Below are positions 35,603-48,374 of a stretch of 64,000 nt of DNA, piece after piece. Numbering within the stretch: position 1 is the first letter of the stretch; each line of letters begins with the position of its first letter. Under the pieces are notes generated by a model. The model saw only the letters and a list, made by a program, of their open reading frames with translations, did no database searches and had not been told where the DNA came from. The position numbers and the translations under genes are program-made. The stretch is from Blastocystis sp. Blastoise (lineage: Eukaryota; Protista; Bigyra: Opalinata). The stretch lies in NCBI GenBank assembly GCA_039096225.1, contig JBBPEB010000015.1, forward strand, positions 1,364,001-1,428,000. The letters are read 5' to 3'.

Positions 35603-37109
35603 TTAAATAGATTATTTAAATAATATCTGAAAAACTAAAAACAAAAAAAAATATATAAATTCTTGTTTGATTCATTATATTTGTTATTTATTTTTTTTTA
35701 AATATATTTTGTATTTATAAATAGTTTAGTTACTTTTTTAATCATTATGGAATTTCTAAAGCTAATAAATCTCGAAATGGGTCACAATGTGAAGTATTGA
35801 AAAATATTTTTATTTTATTAAATTAATTTAAATAGATTAGAATAAAGTAGTTTAAACTATTTTTAACCATTTCATAAAACTAAAACAAATTTAACACAAC
35901 AATATCAACATTTATTTTCACATTAACGACTTAAACACATAGTTTTAGAATTAATATTAATGAAATCAATCTAAATAGAATTTTTATACATAACAGTATC
36001 AACAATATCGCTTTTAGAGAGACTTTACCATTTCGATATCCACTGTATCAAAATCGTTTTAGACATAACTTTCACACAGTATAGATCTCATTGTATTATT
36101 TATTAATTATAGTTTAATGTCTTGAATCTCTGACCTCATGACGCTTTTTAATACATTTTGAAAAATTGACACACTTATAGTTAATTTAAAACTCTAATAT
36201 TTAAACACTATACTCAACATAACTCTATCAATACATTAGTTACCATTTTAACACTCTTTATAAACATTTTACATTTGGTCATACACTTTTTCAAGAGTAT
36301 TTTTGTCACTTCTTTTAATATAATTTAGACTATAGTTCATAGTTTGATAAATAAAATGTTTTATATTGAATCTCGTCCGTTGAGTAACTTATTTCTACAT
36401 TTAAAAAAATAAACCCCTTTAAACTTGTTTTTAAAAGTCAAAATTTTCATAGTATAATAAAAACACAATTTTAAACAAAGAAGCTAACTCTTTAAAATTT
36501 CTAGACAACTCAAACACATTGTTAATTAACTTTTCAAAAATGAAATTCTCTTAATTTTTAATATGTTGTAGAATTTAGCTTAGTGTATATTAAATCATTT
36601 TTTAGAATTTCGAATCTCTTAGTTTAAGAACCCCTTTTTACAATTTTTTAAATTTTACAACCTTAAACTTACTTTTATGACTTTATATTTACACAATAAT
36701 ATATATATGCAAGATGAATTAGTGGAGAAAAACAAAACTTAAATATCTCAATCATTGACAGTATTAAATCAGTTATACTATATAAAGTTAAAAGTGGACA
36801 ATAGATATTTTAAATTAAATTGAATCCAAACATTTAAAAACTTGACACTATTTAATATATTAAGTAATTGAAGAATTATCTTAATAGTCGACACAATTTA
36901 AATAAAAAAAAAAAAAAGAAAAAGAACAAAACAAAAATAGAACAAAAAAAAAAATTTAAATATAAAATAGCTAAAAAGATAAAAAAAACATAAATAAAAA
37001 AATAATATAAAGAAAAAAAAATAATAAAAAACTATAAAAAATAAAAAATAATAATAATAATAAGAAAAAAAAAAAAAAAAAAAACTAAAAAAAAAAAAAA
37101 TCTAAACAT

Positions 37110-38459
37110 AACCATAACACTAAGAGAACCTATATAGATAAAAGATATATATATATATAATAAGAGATAGTATAATAAATATATCTAACATATATATATA
37201 TACCTTCAGTATTAAAAACTATTCACACCATCACTATATAGATATAAGATATAGATATATTAAAAGAAATATTATAAATATTTGTTATATATATATATAT
37301 ATATATATACCTTTAGATACATTTTTATTATTAAAATGAAAGCTAACATTAGGGTGATAAGATCCCCTATTAGAAAAGACACCTATATATAATATAATAA
37401 ATGATAAAATATATATAAACAATAAATATATATATATACCTTCTAAAGAAGGAACAGAGGAAACACCATGATATCTTAACTGACTTGAAGAACCTATATA
37501 TAATGAAAAGATAATTAATAAATCAAAAAAAAAAGAAAGGAAGAAATAAGAATATACCTGTATCATTATTACCATTAATCCAAGACTCCATAAGAAAAGA
37601 ACGACCTATATAAGATAAAAATAATAATAAACTAAATTAAATTTAAAAAGTAGACATACCTTCATCATTAATACGTTCAGCAACTACAACCACAACAGTA
37701 GAATAACCTATAAAGAAACAGTAATAGACAAATAATAAATAAAAAAAAAATAATAATAAATGAATGACAATATATATATACCTTTAATATCATATGAGCA
37801 GTCTACCTGATCACCAACAACATCCATAGCAACATTTACATCAATAAAACAAACCTATATATATAAAAGTAAAAAAAGAAAAATAAATGAATGACAACAT
37901 ACCTTCAACACCACACAGACATCTATTATCAACATCACTGTTAACATGTACAACAACTGAAGAACCTATATATATAGAAATAATAAAAAAATAATAATAA
38001 AATATAAAAAAAAAAAATAAATGATTGGTAACATACCATCTATAAAGCAAGAAGAACCTACATCAACACCGATATCACTATTGGAATCACTTACAATAAC
38101 AGAAGAACCTATATATAAAGAAAAGTTAAAAAAATAAAAACAAATCATTGACAACATACCTTCACAGTTAGCATAACAGGCAACACCACCACCTCTGTAT
38201 GATACAAATAACATAGAACAACCTAAAATAATATAATAAATAATTAATAAAAAAAGAAATGGAAAATATATACCTTTAAGACCATCAGAGCAAGTACCAC
38301 CAAGACTAAGAACATACATAACTGGATTCTATTGAGTAGAAGAACCTAAATATGAATACTAATAACAAATAGATACAATATACCTGATTTTCTTTGAAAT
38401 ATAAATTATTTTTTATTTCCAGACCTCCACCTTGAAGCAATTTTGTTGTTCTTAGACAT
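37110..38459 (-). pseudogene. Decayed micro-exon array (RepHel N-terminal region) in Helitron A
   Basis: Largely exon-by-exon homolog of 46130-47547 (MSKNNKIASRWRSGNKK vs MPKKTRMSSRRRSENRK). In-frame TAA at 38408-38406 and TAG at 38331-38329. No downstream RepHel exons. Confidence 0.8.
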
Positions 38460-38653
38460 CATAATTAATAATTTAATATATAAATGAGTATTAGATTATG
38501 TATTTAACAATCCTATTTCATTTGAATTAATAAATATAATAGGGTCTATTTTTAAAATATGCTTCTTAAAACATAATAGAAATCAAAAATAGCCTTAATT
38601 TTTCATTGATTTTATTACAAAAGTAATAATTGGGTCATTCTGGTTTAAAATCA

Positions 38654-38669
38654 TTTTGGGTACCCAAAA
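38654..38669. promoter_or_regulatory. Perfect 16-bp palindrome TTTTGGGTACCCAAAA in the putative bidirectional promoter of Helitron A
   Basis: Identical to 47740-47755 while the flanks diverge. Lies ~195 bp upstream of the minus-strand ATG, with two further GGGTC motifs nearby. Confidence 0.5.
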
Positions 38670-39234
38670 AACATAGTTCTTTACTCTTTTTTAAATATTT
38701 TATTGTATTGATTGACTTAGTGTGTTTTATTTATTTATTTAAAGTTATTTAACTTAGTATTATATTTATCTATTTATATACTAATTTATTTATTTAAAAT
38801 AATACACTTCTTTATAGGATTCTCTTGTATTTGCCTTGGTTGTCATGGTTAGTGGTTCTTGAAGTGGTCCTGGTTAAATGAAATGGTTTATTTAGTGTCA
38901 GGTATATAAATATATATATTTTTTATAATATTTCATTTTTAATTCATTTGTTTCTTTAATTGTTTCTTTTTTTATTATCTTTTTGGTTTATATTTTCTTT
39001 ATATATAATTAATCAATAGATTATTAGTTATTTTTATTCTATAGGGAAGAAAATGTAACTGATGTGTGTGTTATACTCTTCGTTTTTTCATGTCTTTCTT
39101 TTAAATCTGTGGTTTCAGGTTGATTTATATGTATATATTTATATTTTATTTATTATTTTTGTTATTTATTGTTTCTTTATTTATTTATATTTTATTTATT
39201 AAATTTATTTTATTTATTTATTTATTTATTTATT

Positions 39235-39277
<43 letters not shown>

Positions 39278-39292
39278 TTATACTAGGGTAAC

Positions 39293-39329
39293 GCCGCTGG
39301 CGCACCGCCTAACGGCGACGCGCCGCGGC
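39293..39329 (-). terminator. Helitron B 3' subterminal hairpin
   Basis: Minus strand GCCGC-GGCGCGTCGCC-GTTA-GGCGGTGCGCC-A-GCGGC, followed by GTTACC-CTAG|T. Confidence 0.9.
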
Positions 39330-39529
39330 TGCGTTGTTCAGTTGTGTTTTAAATTTTTTTATTAAACTTTATAGAACAAAACCATTTTTTTATTATAAAC
39401 ATTTTAAAAACAAATAAAAAGTGAAAAAGTAAAAAATTAAAAAGAACAAATATTTAACAAACATAAAACAAATAAAACAAAAGAAACAAAAGAAATAAAA
39501 GAAGAGAGGAGAAAAAAAAAATAAAGCAT

Positions 39530-42500
39530 TTAATTATTTAGAGTAGACCTGAAGACCACGTTCTTAGTAAATATTTCATTACTACTACTAATCATCTTAC
39601 CTTGAGAGACACTATCAACTACCTTAATAAAAAGAGAATTGAAAGATCGAGCACGACTGAAAGCAACATAGAGTTGACCATGAGAGAAGACAGGACGATC
39701 TAAATAAACACCAACTCTTTCAAATGTTTGTCCTTGAGATTTGTTAATAGTCATGGCAAAGGCTAAACGAATAGGAAATTGTCTTCTGGATATAATAATA
39801 GGAAGATCTTCAGGATTTGAATTACAGATGATTCTTGGAATAATAACAGTACGTTCATCAATAGTAAGAGAAGGAGGAGGATTTAAAATAGTAGCAGTAA
39901 TATTATTTGATCCTAATCGAGTTACTATAAGTCTAGTACCATTACATAATCCTTTAGAAGGATTAAGATTTCTTAAAAGCATAATGATACAACCTATTTT
40001 TAAATTTAATATATGAGGAGGCATTCCAGAAGGTGTTTGAGAATTGATAAACTCGATAGGATAATTTGATTCTGGATCATCTGTTTCAGAATCAAGAATA
40101 GAATCAGAAGAGATATAAGGAGTAGTAGTTCCAGAAAGAAGATTATCTACAATGAAATCATTTAAAGTACCAACACAATCATTAGTAGAAGCTAATATAA
40201 CAGAAGAAGCTAATCGTTTAATATCAGAATCAAGAGAAGTATTGATTCGATGTCCAAATACAGTAACACATAAATCATCATTTACAATACATTGAGGAGG
40301 AATAGGAATATAATCTATATCTAAATGATGACTAATAGTATAATTATTAGAAAGAACACCATCTCCTACTTGTAATAACCATTGTCTAAAATCATCTGCT
40401 CCTTCTAAAGCTCTCATATTTCTCGATAAATGAATAACATTATTTTTGATAGAATTCCATAATGAACAAAACTTTATAGAAGAACTAACAATCTGAGCTT
40501 GAGTTCCTTTTCTTATAACTGGTAAACATTGTCTGAAATCTCCTCCTAATACTACTGTTTTACCACCAAAAGGAATATCTAATTCTGTATTCATTATATC
40601 ACATAATAATCTATGTACTACCATAAAGCAATCACCTTTCATCATAGGAGCTTCATCCCATATTATTAAATCAGCTATTCTTATTTCTTCTACTTTTCTT
40701 CTATCTCTAGCTAAATCTATATTTGAAGTAGAATCAGGATCAACATTCAAAGGAATACCAAATTGTTTATGAGCTGTTCTACCACCTGGTAATAAAGTAG
40801 AAGCAATTCCTGTTGAAGCTACAGGTAATACATTCTTATTATGTCCACGTAAATAACTTAATAAACTATTATATAAGAAAGTCTTTCCACTTCCACCTGG
40901 ACCATCAATAAAGAAACATAACTTATCTTCTATTCTACTACTTTCTATTGAATGAATTACTCTATCAAATGCATTTCTTTGTTCTTCATTTAATAATTCT
41001 ATTACTCTATTAGCTTCTTGTAATTCTAAAGTAGGATTATAATTATAATCATTATAATGATGTTGTTCTTCTACTTGAGGTAATCCTAAATCATTATAAT
41101 TCACTCCTATACTTATCATCATCTCTTTTATATCTTGTAAAGTACGTATTTCATAATCTTGAAGAACACTATTAGTATCATCTTCTATAACACTTGATGA
41201 ATCTAAATCTTGAGCTAAAGGAGTATTTATATAATCTATTTCATTATTATGCATTGAATGTTTATAATCTTCACTAAGAAATGATTTAAATCGAATCCAA
41301 AACTCTTTTACATTTGTTAATAATGATTCTGAAATATAAGTAATAAATAATTGTCTCAATTGACATGGAGTAGCAAAAACAATAGCTTCTGAAAATGAAT
41401 CAAATACTTCTCTTTCATTATTCAATAATCCTCTTGCTATAGCTGCTTCACTAAAGGTTCTATAAGGTTCATTACTATTCAATCCTTTTACTATCTTCAA
41501 AGAATCAAAACTATCAGCTCCTTTCGTATTCAATAATAATAATCTTAAAGCATATCGTTCTTTATCTTTTGGATTCACATAATACATTCTTCCTAAAGCT
41601 TTTATATCTCTCTGACGTCTATTCCAAGTATTTGTATTTGATTTCCATACATAATATTTTGGTATTTCATGATAAGCATAAATAGGATATTTCTCATCTA
41701 ATATTTTCAATAATTCTTCTGATATATTATCATCATCTACTTCATAACTATTTATTCTATTTATCTCTTCTAAACGAACTTGAATCAATTCTCTTTCTTC
41801 TTCTACACTATTCATATTACGAATACCATGCTTCTTCTCTATATAATAATAAGTATATATCTTTCTTTGATTCTGAACTTCTTTCTCTAAATCAAAGTAT
41901 TTTGTTAATTTAGTACCTTTCTCTAAACTATTTCTTAATGCTTCTTCTTCATGTCCTTCTCGAAATAATATATATGGATCATCAGGTAAATGAATAGGTA
42001 ATCTATTAATAGAAACAGAATTATAAGTAATTTCAAAACAATTCAAACGATAAGAAGCTTCAGGAGGAGAAACATATCGACAATCTAAATAAGCTTGAGT
42101 TTCATCTACTATTCCATTATCATTCACTCTTCTTAATTGAGCTATCACAGAATCATTTCCTTTTAATGCATATTTATATATATATTTAGTACTTTGAATA
42201 TTACAACAGACTTCTACATTAATATGAGCTTGATATTTCAATAATAAATAAGGATTATAAGGAACTACCCAACGATTATCAATGGTATAAGTATTGTGAC
42301 TACGAATAAGAGTAATAGTTCTATCAGGAATATTTCTTCTTTGATATAAAGGATAAGAATTTAAATGACAATTAGTTTGCTCTATATATTCTTTTGGAAA
42401 TCTCTTACTACATTTACCTGTTGATCTATCAATACAAACACAATTCGTATCATAATCAGGACCACATGGACCATGAATCATATGTTTCTTAACTAATTCA

Positions 42501-44538
42501 TAAAGAAGAGGAGTTGATTCTTTATCAGGAATCTCTGCACTTATTATACTATCTACTTCATCTTCTGTTCTATATTTAGAATTCGTATCTAAAATAATTA
42601 ATATATGAGAATGTGGTAAACCTCTCTTTTGGAATTCTACTGAATATAATAAAGCTTCTACAGTACCAAATATATTCTTATCCTTTATATCAGAAAGCAA
42701 TTGTTTCAACTTTAAATGAAACACTCTTGAAACTAAATCTGGAAATTCATTAACAGTATAACCTTCTGGAATATTATTCTTTATTTCTAGCCAATCTGGA
42801 TTGCAAGTAAATGTAATAAATAAATCAGGTTTACCATATTCTCGAACTACACTCATAGCATCCATATATTTCTGTTGTAAATTTCTTGGACTACCAACAA
42901 AAGAAGAAGGTAATATAATAGCTTTGCCTATTCTATCTATATTTCTATCATTCTCATTTATTTGATCTCCTCTCTCTTCTAACATATTATTTATATTCTG
43001 ATAAGTTGAAGCTCTTAATTTATTTTGATTATTTCGTATATAATTAATTCTATTTTGTTCTACTCGTATATAATTATCAGTAATATATTGTAAAGTTAAT
43101 TTCTTATATTTTAATAAATAATTATCATAAGGTGGATCTTTCATTTGAAGCATATAATTATAATATTCTAACATCGTAATAGTTATTTGATTAGAACGAT
43201 TCAATGATAATAAATCTGGATACCAACCTTGTCTTCCAGTTGGAAACATAACTGGATAAACCATACAATCTATATATGAATTTGTATTCTTCATTACTAT
43301 ATATTGACCTGAAGTATAACGATTCTGTTCATTATTACTATTAGTAGCTACTATTTCCATACCACTTCTAGGAAAACAACAATAACTTCTTTCTGGCATT
43401 ACTCCTCCTTCTCTATATTGATATATTACTGCTACTTCATCTACTTGAGGAGTATTATATCTTCTTATATCAGGTACTTCTCTTCTTTGTTTCTTAAATT
43501 CTATTAATAAATTAATATTACTTCTATTCATTTGACTATTCTCTTCTATTACTTCATCTACTCTTTCTCGAAGTGAATTATATATTTGAGCTAATGGATG
43601 ATATTCTCTTATTGTACTATCTAATATTTGTAAAATATTTGGTTTTAAATCACAAAAATATCGATTCATACTTCTCATATGAGTAGCTTCATCTCCATCT
43701 ATCATATAATATTGATTGAATACAGGATGTCTTGTAGGATCATTCACATCAAAATCTAAAGCACTCTTAAAAGTATGATATATATTACCTCCACATTTAA
43801 ATAGTAATGGTCCAGAAGAATTTCTTAAATCATCATCAGAAGTATTATTTCCAGCTAAAGAAGCTAAAGCAACAGAATTATTATATCGAATTATATTATT
43901 AATAAATTCTCTTGAATCTGGATTATCTCTTTGTAATAAAGAACGAATAGTATTAGGAAGATCAGGAAGTTCAGGAAGAACTACTTTACCACTACCACAG
44001 CAAGTATAAAACTTATCATTCATTCCTTTCTCTAATTCAAAATGTTTAGCATGACAATATTCACAATGAACATTAAAATCACCTAAATAATTAGCTTTAT
44101 AAGTATTCAATGCTTCATTTAATACGAAATCACCATGAGAATCTATATAAAATAATATAAAATAAATATTAAATATATATAAATACTTCTTTGAATAGAA
44201 GCAATACAATTATGTAATCCAGGATATAATAATCTTTGTTGATTATCTATAAAAATAATTTATTATTTAATTATTCATAAAGAATTATAGAATATAAATA
44301 TCATACAAATATCTAAAGCTCTTCTTCTTCCTCTATTAATAATAGGATGAATAGTTATGTCTTCTTCAACTATAAAAAAAGTATTAAATAAATATATTTA
44401 AATAATAAAAAACATACTATTATCTGTTATAGGTCTTCTAATAGTTCTTACAACTGGTATTTCATCATTATTTTGAGTATTACTATTAATATTAGGAAAA
44501 GGATCAATATAATCAGAATCAGAATCATTATCAGAAAA

Positions 44539-44575
<37 letters not shown>

Positions 44576-47547
44576 TCACTTGAACTACTACTACTACTAC
44601 TACTATTAGGTATTGTTGTTATAATTTCTGATTCATTATCATTATTTAAATTAATATGAGGAATATTTGTCAGAATACTTAAAGGAGGAAGAATAGGACT
44701 TAAATCAGGAATAGTTAAATAACTATTCATAATGGAATTAATAGATCTATTATTTCTTTGTATTATTGTTTCATTATTATTAGTATTAATGTTATTTATA
44801 GAATGATTCGTATTATCATTAATGATTGCAGAATTATTATTGTTAGATATACTTACATTAGTTGGAATAGTAGTAACAACAGGTAAAGAGTGTGAAGAAG
44901 CATTAATAGAATCATTATTATTATTAGAAACTGAAATATTATTTTCTGTAGGTTGTATAATAGTAGTTGATATAGGAATAGATTGATTATTATTATTTAT
45001 TGGACTTTGAACAATAGATATGTTATTGATTGATTGATTTATTGGATTCATTTGATTGAATAAGTTTGAACCATTATTTAATATAGAATTATTATTATTT
45101 ATTTGTGAATAATTATTATCTATATCAATATCAATATTGTTATTTGAAATATTGTTTTGAATGTTTTGTAAAGGAATATTATTTTGTATATTAAAAGTCG
45201 AAAACAAAGCTAAAGGTTTTGAGTTAAAACCAAATGATTTAGATAAATCATTATTATTTATTTTATCCTTATTGGAACCTATATATATTAATAGTTAGAT
45301 ATTAATTATAATTTATGGTAAAGTTAATGATATGATAAGTCTTTTATTAAGTGTATTAAGTCTCATTATAGTTAATGAAGTAATTACTAATTAATATAAA
45401 TATATCATAGAGTATCTATGAAATATTTATCAATCCATAAAGTAAACACTTTATTAATTAATAATTATCTTCAATATTAAACATAATGAAAGATAATATT
45501 ATAATTAATGAAAACTAATATTAAATAAGTATAGATATTTAATATTGTATTATTTATTAAACAATCCTTAAGATCCGCTCATAACGGACTTCTATAACTA
45601 TTGTGCTTTGTTACAACATATCTAAAACATATCACTAACTACCCAGTTTATATCTATGTACAATGCGAGTAAGTGGAGAAACTCAACACTTAATAAGAGC
45701 TCAAGCATCGATAGTATATAACATCGGTTAGGCTATATCGAATTAGAGGCGAACAATAGTCAACAATAGTATGAGTCACACAGGCGATCAATAGATGTTT
45801 TAAATATAATTTAATACAAATATTTAAAGACTCCACACTATTCAATATTAAGTAATTCAAGAATTATCTTAATAGTCGACAACCTTACCATTTTTTTTCG
45901 ACACAATATAAATTAAATAAATCAATTTTAACAAAACAAAAAGAAAACAAAAGAAAGTATTCTATTAAATATTAACATACTAAGTAGCACAGCTAAACGA
46001 AGTAGTTAAATAAATAAATAGACACTATAAGAAAGCAGATAATAGAAAGCTATTATCTGTGAAAAGAAAATAATAACAAAATAATAATAAGCAAAAGAAA
46101 AGAAAACTAAAAGATTATTTTTAACATACCCATCACATTATTAGTACCTATAGAGACAAAAGACATAGATATATATATAATAAGAGAAGTATATAATAAA
46201 TATATGTAATATATATATACCTTCAGCAATTAAAGAATTATCAATACTAACATCTATAGAGACAAAAGACATAGATATATATATAATAAGAGATATTATA
46301 ATAAATATATGTAATATATATATACCCTTAGTCATTGAAGAACTATTATCATCAACACCTATAGAGACAAAAGACATAGATATAATATATTAAAAGAAAT
46401 ATATAATAAATATATGTAATATATATATACCTTCAGCAACTGAAGAATCACTCACACTAACACCTATAGAGACAAAAGACATAGATATATATATTTAAAA
46501 TAAGATAAAATAAATATATGTAATATATATATACCTTTAGATATAGTTATATTTGTAACATCAGCACCAACAGGATGATATTCTCTCACATTAGAAGACA
46601 CACCTGTATATTATCAATGAAAGAGATAATAATAATAATATATATTTATATAAATAATAAATACATATATATATACCTTCTAAAGAAGAAGCTGAAGAAA
46701 AGCCAGGTCTTAACTGAGTTAAAGAACCTATATATAAATAAAAGAGTAATAAATTAAAAATAAATTAAAAAAGAAGAAAAGAATAAATATCTATATACCT
46801 TTAGCATCACTACCATTAATAGAAGGACCTATATATATTTATAAAATAAAATAAAGAAAGTCAAATAGGAGACAAATGAAATAGAGCATACATACCTTCA
46901 TTATTAAAAGAATCAGCAACAGCACTCATAGCAACAGAAGAGCCTATAAAGAAATAGTAATAGGTAATAAAAATAAAAAAAATAAAATAAGTGAATGTCA
47001 ACGTACCTTCAAGACCATTAGAAGAGTTAACATCACCATCAATAGCAACAACAACGGCATTCACAACAACAGAAGAACCTATATATATAAACATAAGTAA
47101 AAAAAGAAAACAAATGAATGATAACATACCTTCAAGACCATTAGAAGAGTTAACATCACCATCAACAGCTCCAGAAACAGAGTCCACAACAACAGAAGAA
47201 CCTATAGACAAATAAAAGTTAAAAAGAAAGACAAATGATTAGCAACATACCTTCACATTCATAAGAACAGGCAACAACACCATCACGATGTGATTCAAAG
47301 GACACAAAAGAACCTAAGATAATATAAAATAATAAAACAAAAAGAAATGTATAAATATATACCTTCAAGACCATATTGATAAGCACCATCACCATCAATG
47401 ACATCCATACTTGTATCCTGTTGAGTAGAAGAACCTATATATGAATAATAATAAAGAATGGTATAACATACTTGACCGTCTTTGAGAAATATAGCTTTTC
47501 CTATTTTCAGACCTCCGCCTGGACGACATCCGAGTCTTCTTAGGCAT
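39530..47547 (-). CDS. Helitron RepHel transposase (HUH Rep + Pif1-family SF1 helicase); 17-exon model, 2088 aa
   Basis: Exons 47547-47472, 47434-47363, 47313-47251, 47201-47130, 47078-47007, 46943-46896, 46828-46799, 46727-46677, 46603-46535, 46463-46431, 46358-46326, 46253-46221, 46147-46130, 45278-44418, 44369-44307, 44246-44187, 44142-39530, all GT-AG and in frame. Motifs CEYC..CCGSG, GKPDLFITFTCNPDW, EFQKRGLPHSH, KYIYKY, GPGGSGKT, WDEAPM, GDFRQ, TINKSQGQT, FSHGQLYVAFSR. The RepHel call is near certain; joining of the 5' exons is inferred. Confidence 0.9.
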
Positions 47548-47739
47548 CCTATTTAATAACTAATTATAAAATAAGTATTTTTATGAAGAAAACAAAATCT
47601 TATTTTGATTTCAATTTTTGTAAAATAGGGTCAACATTTAAAATATGTATCTTTAAAAATATAATGAATCATAATTAACCTTGAATTTTTATTAATTTTA
47701 TTGCTAAACTGATAATTGGGTCATTTTTTGTTAAAAACA

Positions 47740-47755
47740 TTTTGGGTACCCAAAA
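47740..47755. promoter_or_regulatory. Perfect 16-bp palindrome TTTTGGGTACCCAAAA in the putative bidirectional promoter of Helitron B
   Basis: Lies between the RepHel ATG (47547, minus) and the plus-strand exon at 47903. Conserved with 38654-38669. Confidence 0.5.
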
Positions 47756-48374
47756 ACTATAGTTTTTTACATTTTTTAATTATTTGATTATATTGATTGT
47801 CTGTATATGTTTTATTAATTAATTTGATATTGTTTAGTTATTATTTTTATATTTATATATATATATATATTTATTTATTTAAAATAATACACTTTTCTAT
47901 AGGATTCTTTTGTATTTGTCTTGGTTGTGGTGATAGAAGCTTCTTGAAGTGGTCCTGGTTGTGCTACATGGCTTATTTATTGTCAGGTATATAAGTATAT
48001 ATATTTTTTATAATATTTTCTTTTTCATTTGTCCATTCATCTGTTTTACTTATTATTTTATTTATGTATTTTATTTATTTTTTCTTTATATATAATTTAT
48101 TCAATATATTGCTAATTATTTTTATTCTATAGGAAGAAAATGTTGTTAATGTGTTGTGGTTTTCGTTTTTTTATGTCTTTCTTTTTTAATCTGTGGTTCC
48201 AGATTAATTTATAGGTATATATTTATATTTTATTTATTATTTTTATTATTTATATGTTTATTTATTTATTTATTTATTTATTATATTTATTTATTATATT
48301 TATTCATTTATTTTATTTTATTTATTAATTTTATATTATTTATTTATTTATTTATATGTTTTTATTGTATATAG

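Noticed and set aside
46130-46480. Repeat-spacer appearance (constant ~70 bp plus variable 33 bp) resembling a CRISPR array
   Set aside because: The constant parts are GT-AG introns and the variable parts are in-frame exons. The context is eukaryotic with no cas genes.
46991-47215. Plus-strand ORF with a repeated PSRPLEELTSPS motif
   Set aside because: Antisense shadow of two duplicated minus-strand micro-exons; the splice signals are on the minus strand.
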